Shown here piece by piece: positions 9,120 to 18,913 of a DNA stretch of 64,000 bases. The notes beneath the pieces are model-generated. The model was given only the letters and a program-made list of their open reading frames with translations, made no database searches and was not told where the DNA came from. The position numbers and the translations under genes were made by a program. The DNA lies in assembly GCA_963753435.1 (NCBI GenBank), contig CAVWCF010000001.1, forward strand, positions 1,024,001 to 1,088,000, written 5' to 3'. The DNA comes from an uncultured Actinomycetota bacterium. Its GTDB lineage: Bacteria; Actinomycetota; Actinomycetes; CAVWCF01. The first letter of the stretch is position 1. Every line of letters begins with the position of its first letter.

Positions 9120-9748
9120 CCCGGCAGCGAACCGATGAGCGTGCTACCGACATGGTCGGTTCGTGGTGCCGCTGGTACACCCGCGGGCTGCCCGAACACG
9201 TGGCCCAAGCTCGGCGCGAAGAGCTGAACTCCGACCTCTTCGACCAACGCACCGACGCAACCACATTCGGGGCAACCCCAGCGCAGGCGGCGCGAGCGAT
9301 AGTCGCCCGCGCCGCTCGCGGCGTGCCCGCAGACCTCTCCTGGCGAACCCACCAGTTGCGGGCCTCACGGTCCGCTCGAGCCAGGGAGACGAGCATGACC
9401 AGTACGACGCAAAGCAGCCGGCTGACGCTTACGGCACGAGTTCTCGCCGCCATCGTTGCCGCATGGGCGGTGTTCGCCACAATTGCCCTCGGCGTCACTT
9501 CTGATGGCACCTCGTGGGCCATCGGCTTCACGGTCGTGTTCACCGGCGGCGCGGCGCTAGCCCTCTACGGCGTTTGGGTCATCGGCCGTCGGCCGGTCGC
9601 CGGTGCCACTTCGGCGGCGGTTGCGGCATTGCTCACAACCCTGCCGCTGGTTTGGTTCCTGGTCTTCCCCGTTCTTGGCGTCGCTATCGCAGCTGGCCTA
9701 ATCGTGTGCGCCGTCCTAGCCCATCGAACCGGATTGGGGACCGTGTAG
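9116..9748 (+). CDS. PadR-associated membrane protein (N-terminal W.RWYTRGLP...RREEL.SDL domain plus about 4 TM)
   Basis: GTG start overlaps the padR stop (GTGA); architecture typical of PadR partner membrane proteins. Confidence 0.75.
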   Translation: MTRQRTDERATDMVGSWCRWYTRGLPEHVAQARREELNSDLFDQRTDATTFGATPAQAARAIVARAARGVPADLSWRTHQLRASRSARARETSMTSTTQSSRLTLTARVLAAIVAAWAVFATIALGVTSDGTSWAIGFTVVFTGGAALALYGVWVIGRRPVAGATSAAVAALLTTLPLVWFLVFPVLGVAIAAGLIVCAVLAHRTGLGTV

Positions 9749-9765
9749 GCCCCGAGCCACCGCTT

Positions 9766-9807
9766 AGGTGGGGGTCGGGATCCCGCCAGGAGAGCCGACC
9801 CCCACCT
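9766..9807 (+). terminator. Stem-loop after the padR operon
   Basis: AGGTGGGGGTCGG-N16-CCGACCCCCACCT, perfect 13-bp stem. Confidence 0.6.
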
Positions 9808-9859
9808 GGACCCAGTGCTCATGGGGCAACAACCCGCCCGGCGCAGAGATACGCACTTC

Positions 9860-10222
9860 GTTCGCAACAGGTAGGCAATCAGCCGCTAACGTCAGTCAAG
9901 CGAGAGCCACCCACAAGGGAATCGGGCCGGAGAGGACTTGCGCATGTGCTGCATTGCCCTAACCGCTGGGTTCGCCGGACCGCGGATCGCATTCGTGCTC
10001 GTCTGGATCTTCACCGACCTGGTTACTCGTGCGTTCGACACTTTCTGGTGGCCGCTTCTCGGAGTCATCGTCCTGCCGTGGACGACCCTGCTGTTCGTGC
10101 TGGCCTACAGCCCGATAAATGGGGTCAGCGGGTTCGGGATCTTCGTCGTCCTGCTCGGCGTTCTCGCCGACATCGCGACCTACGCCAGTGGGGCGCGGGG
10201 GCGTTCGTACTCCTGAGGTCCA
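9860..10222 (+). repeat. Direct repeat copy 2
   Basis: Matches 7888-8250. Confidence 0.95.
9944..10216 (+). CDS. Small 3-TM membrane protein, copy 2
   Basis: Identical to copy 1 except one D->N change. Confidence 0.8.
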   Translation: MCCIALTAGFAGPRIAFVLVWIFTDLVTRAFDTFWWPLLGVIVLPWTTLLFVLAYSPINGVSGFGIFVVLLGVLADIATYASGARGRSYS

Positions 10223-10289
10223 GGCCGCGAACCGGACAAGTCGACTGCAGTTCGCCGCGGCGTGCGCATCCAGACCGCTGTACTGGGGC

Positions 10290-11423
10290 TCAGCCCTGGG
10301 CTAGATCTGGTGAACGACTCGTCTCACGTCGGATGCGCCATCGCCACGCAAGGAAAGCAGCACCGCCTACCGGCATCGGCAGGAGCCAGGTGAATACGCG
10401 ATAGAGGAAGAGCGCCGCCGTGAATGCTGCGGTCTCCTGAGAGGTCGAAAACGAGGCAATAGCTAGCAAGCCAGCCTCGGTAACTCCAAAACCACCCGGG
10501 ATCGGTATCGAGTTCAGAGCCATCGCCGCTCCCGCAAGAAGCACGGTCTCGGTAGCGGTCAAGGTTGCGGGATCGAGCCCGCAGAAGCGCACTGCCAGCA
10601 GCAACACCAGGGCATTCGCCAAGCCCCAAGACAGGTTGGCGGCCACGATGCTGCGGGAGTTGTCTGCCAGAGTCCCACGAACCCGATGTGAGAAGTCGAG
10701 GACGCTGTCCTCAAGATCGGTGGGCGGCGTGCGACGGAAGAGATGAATGATCCGGGTGGCCCAGCGCTGGAGCACCCGCCCCACCGCGTGGGCCGCACGG
10801 TCGCTGTGGACCACCCTAAGCAGCAGCGTAAGCAGGAAGAAGAAGACCGCGCTGAGTCCGATCAGCCACCACAGGTAGCTGGCTGATCCGTTCCCGCTTA
10901 CTAGAACGAGAACCAGACCGATGATCGGCATGAAGAACACCGCGGCATACCGCGCGATCATCGCGATCAGCACCGCAGCAGCGGACTGCTCGTCCGTGAA
11001 GTTGTACGTGCGGTACATCGCGAACCTGACGACCATGTCGCCAGGTGGTGGGACGACAAAGGCGGTCACCTGGCTCGTCGCCGACGACTCGGTGCCCTGA
11101 TAGATCGTCAGCCCAGGAAGCGAAGCCTTCGAACCCCATCCCAGGCAGAGCATGACCAGCAATCCCGCTGCCGTGAGAAGCAACAAGTCGATGACCGACA
11201 AGTCACCAAGAGAGCTGCGGACCTCGGCGGTGTCGACCTGGCTGGGGAGGACAACGAACAACGAGTACCCGATGATCGACAGGATGACCAGGGCGCCGAC
11301 CGCACGTACGACACGCCGTCTGAGTCTGGCGGGCTGGGGCAGTTCGCCCGGCGAGGGCGCATCACTGGCATCCCGGTCGCTCACGGGTCCGTCCCTATCC
11401 GTTGGGAGCGCCGCACCGACCAA
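10290..11423 (-). CDS. Lysylphosphatidylglycerol synthase TM-domain (flippase-like, YbhN/UPF0104) protein
   Basis: IPIPGGFGVTEAGL and ALFLYRVFTWLLPMPVG motifs; multi-TM; start uncertain. Confidence 0.8.
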   Translation of the reverse strand: MVGAALPTDRDGPVSDRDASDAPSPGELPQPARLRRRVVRAVGALVILSIIGYSLFVVLPSQVDTAEVRSSLGDLSVIDLLLLTAAGLLVMLCLGWGSKASLPGLTIYQGTESSATSQVTAFVVPPPGDMVVRFAMYRTYNFTDEQSAAAVLIAMIARYAAVFFMPIIGLVLVLVSGNGSASYLWWLIGLSAVFFFLLTLLLRVVHSDRAAHAVGRVLQRWATRIIHLFRRTPPTDLEDSVLDFSHRVRGTLADNSRSIVAANLSWGLANALVLLLAVRFCGLDPATLTATETVLLAGAAMALNSIPIPGGFGVTEAGLLAIASFSTSQETAAFTAALFLYRVFTWLLPMPVGGAAFLAWRWRIRRETSRSPDLAQG

Positions 11424-11728
11424 CTGGGCGAAGCGCTGACGTGATGATGCCGCAATTTAGGTGTCGGATGTACCCGCTTCGCCACCTTGTGAACCCCAGA
11501 TGCCCGCTGGGGGCTTCCCCGCGTGGGCAGGGACGCGATAGCAGTGATTTGTAGGCGTGATTGTGCCTATGTGGGTCATGTTTCACATCACACCGGGAGT
11601 TCTGAAGCCAAGGTTGGCAACCCCATTATGCGTTCGGCCGTTCACTGAATCCTGCTGGCGCGGGCTGGTGCGACCGGCGCAGCCGGCTCCGTGGTCTGGC
11701 ACTATCCCGGCCATGGGGCCGCACGCGG

Positions 11729-13021
11729 ATGCCTAATGGCAAGGGCGCTGAACTGGTACGAGCATTGGGCATCGCCAGTGTCGTGGCCATACCGATCTCC
11801 TTGGTGGCGTTGGCGTTCCTGGCGATCGTCGAGTCGCTGACCGACTGGCTGTGGAGCGACGTCCCAACTGCGGTTGGCTTTGCGGCTGATTCGTGGTGGT
11901 GGGTGCTGCTGATACCAACGATCGGCGGGGGGCTAGCCGGCCTTGCCGTCAGGCACTTGCCAGGAAGCGGTGGGCATGACCCCATCAACGGCTTTTCGGC
12001 GAAGCCCGTTTCGCCCAATGCCATTCCTGGGGTCGCGCTCGCCGCGCTGGCTTCACTCGCTTTCGGTGCGGTCGTGGGACCGGAGGCACCACTGGTGGCG
12101 TTGGGCAGTGCACTCGGGCTGTGGGGGGCGCACCTGTTTCGCCAGTCGGGGAACGTCGCCGCTCTGGCCGCGTCGGCGGGCATCTTTGCGGCGATTTCAG
12201 CTCTCTTCGGCAACCCACTCCTTGCCGCTTTCCTCGTCCTCGAAGCGGTCGGTGCGACGGCGCTTGCTACTCCCCTAGCAGTGGTGGTCCTACCCGGGCT
12301 GCTGGCGGCGGGACTCGGCTATCTCGTGTTCACCGGGGTGGGCGAGTGGGCCGGCATCGCGCCGACGTCATTGGCCATCGACGGCTTGCGTGCCTACCCC
12401 ACCGTGCGTCTGGGCGACGTGCTGTGGGCGGCGGTCATCGGTGTGGCAATGGCCCTTGTGGGGTTCGTAGTGCGCGAAATCGCCGCTCGCTCCCATGCGC
12501 TCGCAGCGCCTCGCCCGGCTGTCGCCGGACCCATTGGTGGCCTGGCCATCGGCGGCGTGGCCCTGGCGTTCGGCGTCTCTGGTGAGAGTCCCCTCAACGT
12601 CTTGTTCTCCGGGCAGTCGGACCTCAGCACGATCGTGGCCCAAGGTCCGGCTTGGGGGGCCGGGATCGTGGCGCTACTCATCCTCACCAAGGCCGTCGGC
12701 TACGGGGTGTCCCTTGGTAGCGGGTTCCGCGGGGGCCCGGTCTTCCCAGCGCTCTTCCTAGGTGCAGCGGTGGGCACCTTTGCCTCGCTGGTCGTGCCTG
12801 GCCTCGACCTGACACCGGCCGTGGTCGCTGGGATGGCCGCCGGTTCGGCAGCGATGCTCAAGTTGCCGGTTTCGTCGGTCATGCTGGCCGTCGTGATCGC
12901 GGGCAGCGCCGGGTTGCAGGCCTCGACTCTGGCGATCGTCGGTTCCGTAGTGGCTCTCCTCGTGACACTGGCGGAGACTTCCCTGCAGTCGCCGCAGACG
13001 CAATCGGCAGACGACGGCTGA
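11729..13021 (+). CDS. ClC family chloride channel/H+ antiporter
   Basis: PGSGG, VVGPEAP (gating Glu) and GFRGGPVFPALFLG signatures. Confidence 0.92.
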   Translation: MPNGKGAELVRALGIASVVAIPISLVALAFLAIVESLTDWLWSDVPTAVGFAADSWWWVLLIPTIGGGLAGLAVRHLPGSGGHDPINGFSAKPVSPNAIPGVALAALASLAFGAVVGPEAPLVALGSALGLWGAHLFRQSGNVAALAASAGIFAAISALFGNPLLAAFLVLEAVGATALATPLAVVVLPGLLAAGLGYLVFTGVGEWAGIAPTSLAIDGLRAYPTVRLGDVLWAAVIGVAMALVGFVVREIAARSHALAAPRPAVAGPIGGLAIGGVALAFGVSGESPLNVLFSGQSDLSTIVAQGPAWGAGIVALLILTKAVGYGVSLGSGFRGGPVFPALFLGAAVGTFASLVVPGLDLTPAVVAGMAAGSAAMLKLPVSSVMLAVVIAGSAGLQASTLAIVGSVVALLVTLAETSLQSPQTQSADDG

Positions 13022-13042
13022 CCTGTCCCCGCGGTGACCAGT

Positions 13043-13819
13043 TCAAGACCGGCGGCCTTCGCCCATCGTTAGCACCGAAGCGATCAGGAAGAACACCGCG
13101 CCTACGAACGTGCCGCCGTTGGACCAAGTGGCGTTGGTCAGATCGCCAGACGGCTGGACGTAGGCGCCCACGGCGGAGAAACCGAAGAATACCGAGCCCC
13201 ACATGTTGAGTGCGGTGATGTGCCAGTCGCGCTCACCCGGTCGCCACGACCACCACCGGTGCCCGGCCTCGGCGAACGCCAGGGCGGAAGCGACAAGGAA
13301 GCATGCCGAACCGATGGCGTCGGGACGCCAGATGACCCGATCCACCATGTCGGGAGGGACGTCCAGCAGCGCCGCGAACGTGGTGACGTTGAAGTACAAC
13401 GTGCCCACCAGCTGGACAAGACAGGCCCAGTAGCCGATCTCGCCCGGCTCCCACGCGAACCACCGGTGGCTGGCCTGACGGATCACTTGCATGAACGCCA
13501 GATACGAAGCAACGGTGAAGAACAGCGAGCCGACGAAGAAGGTCACCGCCGTGGCCCGGGCGCCCACGGCGGTGGAGTACGCCGGCACCGGGCCGAGGAC
13601 GAAGCAGGTGGAACCGACGATGAAAAGCGCCCCGATCCACCAGGTCAGTCCGCGCCGTTGGCCAACCTTGGCAGCCCGTCGCTCCGCCCGGGCGCCCCAG
13701 TGGTGGCGGCTCCCGTCCGGAAGGTCGTAACTGACTTGGGTGACGAATGGGCGTGGTCCGCTAGCCCGAACATTGGCCGACGCAGGAGGAACCCTGGCTA
13801 CGGCTTTCGCGGCCGTCAA
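13043..13819 (-). CDS. YrhK-domain membrane protein (about 6 TM)
   Basis: LFIVGSTCF, FFVGSLFFT and NMWGSVFFG..A..TFVGAVFFL repeats; start overlaps the gad stop. Confidence 0.7.
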   Translation of the reverse strand: MTAAKAVARVPPASANVRASGPRPFVTQVSYDLPDGSRHHWGARAERRAAKVGQRRGLTWWIGALFIVGSTCFVLGPVPAYSTAVGARATAVTFFVGSLFFTVASYLAFMQVIRQASHRWFAWEPGEIGYWACLVQLVGTLYFNVTTFAALLDVPPDMVDRVIWRPDAIGSACFLVASALAFAEAGHRWWSWRPGERDWHITALNMWGSVFFGFSAVGAYVQPSGDLTNATWSNGGTFVGAVFFLIASVLTMGEGRRS

Positions 13820-15210
13820 TGGCTGAAGGATGCGGTGTTGTTCGGGTCTGGCGGCAGTCGCGCAGGCAGATTCTCCAAGTACGCGGTGGCCGCCCGAAGA
13901 TCATCGAGGAACAGGTCGGCCAGGTCCCGCCCGAATCCGTTGCGAATGACGACGCGCAGCCCGGAGACGTCGGTCAGCGCTTCGGGCAACGAATAGGCCG
14001 GCACCAGCCAACCGCGTTCCCGCATTTTGGCCGACACGTCGTACACGGTGTAGTTGGAGACGCCTGACTTGAGCCGGAACAGGAACACCGGTAGTTGCGA
14101 GCCGTCCGACAGGAGCTCGTACGGACCAATCTCGGCTATTTGCTGGGCGGTGTACATAGCCGCATCGCGGCAAGCCTGCTGGATCTCGCGGTACCCCTCG
14201 AAGCCCAGCCTGATGAAGTTGTAGTACTGCGCAACCACCTGAGCACCTGGGCGGGAGAAGTTCAACGCGAACGTAGGCATGTCGCCGCCGAGGTAATTGA
14301 CGTGGAAGACCAGGTCCTCAGGAAGGTCTTCAGGGGTGCGCCAGATCACCCAGCCAACACCGGGGTAGACGAGGCCGTACTTGTGTCCCGACGCGTTGAT
14401 GGAGCGCACTCTGGGTACGCGGAAGTCCCACTCCAGGTCTGGGTCCAGAAACGGAGCGACGAATCCCCCCGATGCGCCGTCCACATGGATGGGGATGTCA
14501 GGCCCCGCCGAGTTAGCCAGATCGTCAAGCGCGTCAGCGATCTCCTTTACGGGTTCGTACGAGCCGTCAAAGGTGGAGCCCAGGATGGCGACCACACCGA
14601 TGGTGTTCTCATCGCACAACTTCAGCGCCTGTTCGGCGTTCAGTTGCAGCCGACCCTCCTCGATCGGCGCGTAACGAGGTTCGACATCCCAGTAGCGGCA
14701 GAACTTCTCCCACACCACCTGGACGTTGATGCCCATAACGAGGTTGGGTCGGTCACTCGCCAGACCGGCAGCTGTACGGCGTTGCCGCCACCGCCACTTC
14801 AGGGCAAGGCCTCCCAGCATGACGGCTTCGCTCGACCCCGTAGTTGACGTCCCCGTCGCGTTCTCGTGAGCTGGCGAGTGCCACAGGTCGGAGAGAATGC
14901 TCACGCAACGCCCCTCGATCGCAGCCGTCTGCGGGTACTCGTCCTTATCGATCATGTTCTTGTCGGAGGACTCAGCAAAGAGCCGGTCTGCTTCTTCCTC
15001 CATGTACGTGGTCACGAACGTCGCCAAGTTCTGCCGCGCGTTTCCGTCCAGCATCAGCTCGTCATGCAGCAGCCGGTAGGCCACCCGCGGGTCCATTCCT
15101 TCTGCAGGCAGCACGTTCTTTGGTATGCCCTGCCGCATCCCCGGTCGCGCGTATGCGGGCGCGATTGCGAGCCGCTCAAGGTCCAGGATCTCCGATGAAT
15201 GCAGCGCCAT
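13816..15210 (-). CDS. gadB: Glutamate decarboxylase
   Basis: NLATFVTT, KNMIDKDEYPQTA, HVDGASGGF, SINASGHKYGLVYPG (PLP Lys) and LNFSRPG motifs. Confidence 0.96.
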   Translation of the reverse strand: MALHSSEILDLERLAIAPAYARPGMRQGIPKNVLPAEGMDPRVAYRLLHDELMLDGNARQNLATFVTTYMEEEADRLFAESSDKNMIDKDEYPQTAAIEGRCVSILSDLWHSPAHENATGTSTTGSSEAVMLGGLALKWRWRQRRTAAGLASDRPNLVMGINVQVVWEKFCRYWDVEPRYAPIEEGRLQLNAEQALKLCDENTIGVVAILGSTFDGSYEPVKEIADALDDLANSAGPDIPIHVDGASGGFVAPFLDPDLEWDFRVPRVRSINASGHKYGLVYPGVGWVIWRTPEDLPEDLVFHVNYLGGDMPTFALNFSRPGAQVVAQYYNFIRLGFEGYREIQQACRDAAMYTAQQIAEIGPYELLSDGSQLPVFLFRLKSGVSNYTVYDVSAKMRERGWLVPAYSLPEALTDVSGLRVVIRNGFGRDLADLFLDDLRAATAYLENLPARLPPDPNNTASFSH

Positions 15211-15369
15211 ACGGATGAGACTAGGGCCAGACCAGGCCCCGTATCGGGCGAAGTGGAATTCGTTCAGGCGGTGCGAGGAGGCGTGGCACAGAGTCCGGGC
15301 TTCGTCAATACCTCTACTCGGCGGTTGGCGACGCTTGGTCGGCTAATTGCGTACGGCTAGCGTTTGTTC

Positions 15370-15780
15370 ATGCCCTCCACGGGTCGACGTGTACTCGTCG
15401 CGATGGTGGTGCTGTTCGTCTGCGATGCCGTCGGTGGTTTCATCGGCGTTGCCACAGGCGCGGAAACTTGGGGCACGGCATGGGGCTTCGATACCCATTC
15501 GACGGTTCCTCTGCCGATGGGAGCCATTCAACTGTTGCTGGCGTGGGTGGCCTCGCGAGACCTGCGCCCGCGCGCTGCTCGCATCGCTGCAGTTGTTCTC
15601 GGCGTGACTTGCCTATTGAGCGTCTTGTTTGGGGCGTTCGACGGCGACCTAGTTGGCACCGTCGCGTCGGACGGCTTCGTCTCGTGGGGGTTCGCCTGGG
15701 GGGTAGTTCTGTTGTGCGTCACCGCAGTGGTCGGTGTACTCGCCTTCATCCGCGCGAGGGAACTCAAACAGCTGCGCTGA
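15370..15780 (+). CDS. Hypothetical 4-TM membrane protein
   Basis: Hydrophobic ORF; TAGCGT -10 lies six nt before ATG 15370. Confidence 0.6.
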   Translation: MPSTGRRVLVAMVVLFVCDAVGGFIGVATGAETWGTAWGFDTHSTVPLPMGAIQLLLAWVASRDLRPRAARIAAVVLGVTCLLSVLFGAFDGDLVGTVASDGFVSWGFAWGVVLLCVTAVVGVLAFIRARELKQLR

Positions 15781-16027
15781 CCACGCACACTGGCCCGTCC
15801 TCAACAGCGAGGAGGGTGAGCACGCACAAGCACGCTGACTAGCCCCTGCGCCGACTCTTGGGAATCTATTCACCCTCATTGCGGAGCGCTAGGGCTCCAA
15901 CAGGCTCTGCCAACCCCTCTGTGCGTTAAGACATCCACTGAGACGAGGGTGGGTGGGCCCGTGCGCTGAGTAGCCCACATGCTTGGGCCCAACCCATCTG
16001 ACGGGAAGGCGCCCCTAGGGTCGAAAC

Positions 16028-16657
16028 GTGAAGCCACTGACTCGAAGGCTGTGGGACGAGCAGGCTGGCCGGCATCCGGGTGACCGGTCGGCCCTGTTCG
16101 GAGCAGTTGCGTCTTTCGCCCGGCCAGGGAGCGCTCTCTACCCCGGATCGTTCGTTGACGTGGTCCCCTCGTTCCTTATTGACACGGTGACCTACGTGGA
16201 CATGGACCACAGAGCTAGGCAGTTCTTCGAGGACCGACCCGGGGTCGACTCCATCATTGCCTCCAGCGGTCGAGGACCGGGATGGTGGTGGCGGTTCATT
16301 GCCCAGGACTACCGACAACCGCTGCCGGATGATTGCGCACCGGTCGATCTGCTCGTGTCCCTCTTCGCGGGTCCGGTGTCGGCGTACTGCTCAGACCTGC
16401 TCGCACCAGGGGGCTGGCTGCTGGCCAACACCAGCCACGGAGATGTGGCCCTGGCAGCGACCGACCCGCGGTACGAGTTGAGGGCCGTACTGAACCGCAA
16501 CCCTGACGGTCACTACCGAATCAAAGACCAGGAGTTGTCCGGCTACCTCGTTCCCCGCGCCGGCGAACCACCCTCCCGTGCCCAGATCATCGAAACCAAC
16601 CGTGGCATCGCCTACGAGCGCAGAGCGAACTACTACCTGTTTCAGCGCAACCACTGA
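16028..16657 (+). CDS. Hypothetical protein with class I SAM-methyltransferase-like fold
   Basis: LYPGSFVD, VTYVD, DLLVSLFAG and LAPGGWLLAN motifs; TAGGGT -10 before GTG. Confidence 0.6.
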   Translation: MKPLTRRLWDEQAGRHPGDRSALFGAVASFARPGSALYPGSFVDVVPSFLIDTVTYVDMDHRARQFFEDRPGVDSIIASSGRGPGWWWRFIAQDYRQPLPDDCAPVDLLVSLFAGPVSAYCSDLLAPGGWLLANTSHGDVALAATDPRYELRAVLNRNPDGHYRIKDQELSGYLVPRAGEPPSRAQIIETNRGIAYERRANYYLFQRNH

Positions 16658-16733
16658 CGGCCAGTGGGCACCAAGGTGGCTAACGCAGCCTGTGTCCCGC
16701 TATGGGCGGAGCCGGTTGACGAGGTGGAGGCGG

Positions 16734-18293
16734 TCAGTGGAAGAAGTGGCGCACGCCCGTCAAGTACATCGTCATGCCCGCGGCATCGGCTGCCGCTACG
16801 ACCTCTGCATCGCGCACTGAACCGCCCGGCTGTACGACTGCCCGCACCCCGGCGTCGGCGAGGACCTGCAGGCCGTCGGGGAATGGGAAGAACGCGTCCG
16901 ATGCGGCCACGCTGAGTGCGGCTCGCTCCGCACCGGCCCGCGCTACAGCCAGTCGCGCGGAATCGACTCGGTTCACCTGACCCATGCCGATGCCGGTAGT
17001 CGCCTGATCGGCTGCCAACAGAATGGCGTTGGACTTGACGGCGCGGACAGCCCGCCAGGCGAAGTGCAGGTCTGCGCGCACCTGATCCGACGCCGCCGGA
17101 CCGCAGGCCAGGGTCCAGCCGTCCGGGTCGTCACCAGTCGCGGAAATGTCGTCGACGCTTTGCATCAGCAGGCCCCCGCTGACCGCCCGGAACTCAGCCG
17201 AGGATGGCGCGGGACGAACGCGCAGGAGGCGCAGGTTCTTCTTCGCGGCAAGCAGCGGCAGCGCGTCCTCGTCGAACTCCGGTGCGATGAGGACCTCGGT
17301 GAAGATGTCGGCCAACTGCTCGGCCATCTGCCTGGTCACCGGCCGGTTGACCGCGATCACTCCTCCGAAGGCGCTGACCGGGTCACATGCATGCGCCTTG
17401 CGATGGGCCTCGGCCACGTCCACGCCAACCGCGATCCCGCACGGGTTCGCGTGCTTGATGATCGCGACCGCAGGCGCCTCGTGGTCGTACGCGGCCCGCA
17501 ACGCTGCGTCTCCGTCGACGTAGTTGTTGTACGACATCTCCTTGCCGCCGAGCTGCTCGGCTCGTGCCAACCCACCCGTGCCGTGCTCGTTGACGTAGAG
17601 CGCGGCTTCCTGATGCGGGTTCTCGCCATAACGAAGCACGTTCGCTCGCTGCCAGGTGGCCCCGGTCCAGCCAGGGAACCGCTGCCCCGCTTCGGGCGCC
17701 ACCACGCTGCTCATCCAAGACGCAACGGCGACGTCGTACGAGGCGGTGTGCTGAAAGGCCTGCGCCGCCAGCTGCTGCCGCTGGGCCAGCGTGAAGCCGC
17801 CCGAATCCAAGGCAGCAACGATGTCCGAGTACGCGTCCGGAGAAGTCACGACGGCGACAGAAGGGTGGTTCTTGGCCGCCGCGCGAACCATGCTCGGCCC
17901 GCCGATGTCTATTTGCTCAACGCATTCGTCGACCGTGGCACCGGAGGCCACGGTCTCTGCGAACGGGTAGAGGTTGACCACCACGAGATCGAAAGGTTCG
18001 ACATCCAACTCGCGAAGTTGCGACGCGTGCTCGGGAAGTCGCAGGTCGGCGAGAATGCCGGCGTGCACCCGTGGGTGCAGTGTCTTGACGCGACCGTCCA
18101 GACACTCGGGGAAGCCGGTCAGGTCCTCAACCGGGGTGACCGCCACGCCGGCGCCGGCGATACGAGCGGCAGTGGAACCGGTCGACACGATGGAGACGCC
18201 AGCAGCGTCCAGCGCCTGCGCCAGCTCCGGCAGCCCAGACTTGTCGTAGACACTGATCAACGCGCGCTTGATCTGGCGACGGCCTTCACTCAC
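16734..18293 (-). CDS. purH: Bifunctional AICAR formyltransferase/IMP cyclohydrolase
   Basis: [34 protein letters not shown] and TGVRHFFH motifs. Confidence 0.98.
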   Translation of the reverse strand: MSEGRRQIKRALISVYDKSGLPELAQALDAAGVSIVSTGSTAARIAGAGVAVTPVEDLTGFPECLDGRVKTLHPRVHAGILADLRLPEHASQLRELDVEPFDLVVVNLYPFAETVASGATVDECVEQIDIGGPSMVRAAAKNHPSVAVVTSPDAYSDIVAALDSGGFTLAQRQQLAAQAFQHTASYDVAVASWMSSVVAPEAGQRFPGWTGATWQRANVLRYGENPHQEAALYVNEHGTGGLARAEQLGGKEMSYNNYVDGDAALRAAYDHEAPAVAIIKHANPCGIAVGVDVAEAHRKAHACDPVSAFGGVIAVNRPVTRQMAEQLADIFTEVLIAPEFDEDALPLLAAKKNLRLLRVRPAPSSAEFRAVSGGLLMQSVDDISATGDDPDGWTLACGPAASDQVRADLHFAWRAVRAVKSNAILLAADQATTGIGMGQVNRVDSARLAVARAGAERAALSVAASDAFFPFPDGLQVLADAGVRAVVQPGGSVRDAEVVAAADAAGMTMYLTGVRHFFH

Positions 18294-18891
18294 GTCCGAA
18301 CCTCGTCTTCCTGCCGTCGAGAGTCCATCCCTCGCTGACCAGCCTGGTGACAACCTCCACGAGCAAGAGGCGCTCGACTGACTTGATGCGCTCGTGCAGT
18401 TCCTGCTCGGTGTCGTCCGACTTCACCGCGACCGGCGCCTGCGCGATGATCGGGCCGGTGTCGACGCCGTCATCGACCCAATGCACGGTGCACCCGGTGA
18501 CAGTCACCCCGTAGGCAAGCGCGTCCGCGACCGCATGCGTTCCGGGAAAAGCCGGAAGCAGCGCTGGGTGGGTGTTGACGACCGGGAACGCGCCCAGCAC
18601 TCCGGGACCCAGCAGGCGCATGAACCCGGCCGATACGACCAGGTCGGGCCTAGCTGCTGCGAGCAGTTCAGCCAGGGCCACGTCCCAGGCGCCGCGGTCG
18701 TCGTAGTCACCCGGGGCGACCACGTGCGTCGGGATCCCCGCGGCTTCGGCCCGATCCAGGGCCAGCACGCCCGGGCGGTCGGAGACGACGCCCACGACCT
18801 CAGCTTCCAGTTGTCCGCTGCCTACGGCGTCGATGAGAGCGGCCAGATTGCTGCCAGTGCCCGAAACGAGTACGACGATGCGGGCGGCCAC
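18286..18891 (-). CDS. purN: Phosphoribosylglycinamide formyltransferase
   Basis: [22 protein letters not shown] and DTGPIIAQ motifs. Confidence 0.97.
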   Translation of the reverse strand: MAARIVVLVSGTGSNLAALIDAVGSGQLEAEVVGVVSDRPGVLALDRAEAAGIPTHVVAPGDYDDRGAWDVALAELLAAARPDLVVSAGFMRLLGPGVLGAFPVVNTHPALLPAFPGTHAVADALAYGVTVTGCTVHWVDDGVDTGPIIAQAPVAVKSDDTEQELHERIKSVERLLLVEVVTRLVSEGWTLDGRKTRFGRE

Positions 18892-18913
18892 GGCGAGGAC
18901 CGTAGCCCGAGCC

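Noticed and set aside
8268-10240. Shared 10-mer ACCGGACAAG shortly after both duplicated genes
   Set aside because: The offset (1963) differs from the repeat offset (1972) and 10 bp may be chance; not usable as a junction marker without comparative data
11430-11728. Possible fluoride riboswitch or CRP site upstream of ClC
   Set aside because: No GGNGATGG...GCTRATG core; the CRP-like 16-mer at 11572-11587 has two mismatches in one half
15808-15842. GAGGAGG followed by tiny ORF MSTHKHAD
   Set aside because: Only 8 codons, RBS spacing is too short, and there is no other support
5600-16730. Integron-like cassette array or CRISPR among the many small genes
   Set aside because: Genes are in mixed orientation, there is no recurring attC-like or spacer-separated repeat, and no integrase or cas genes
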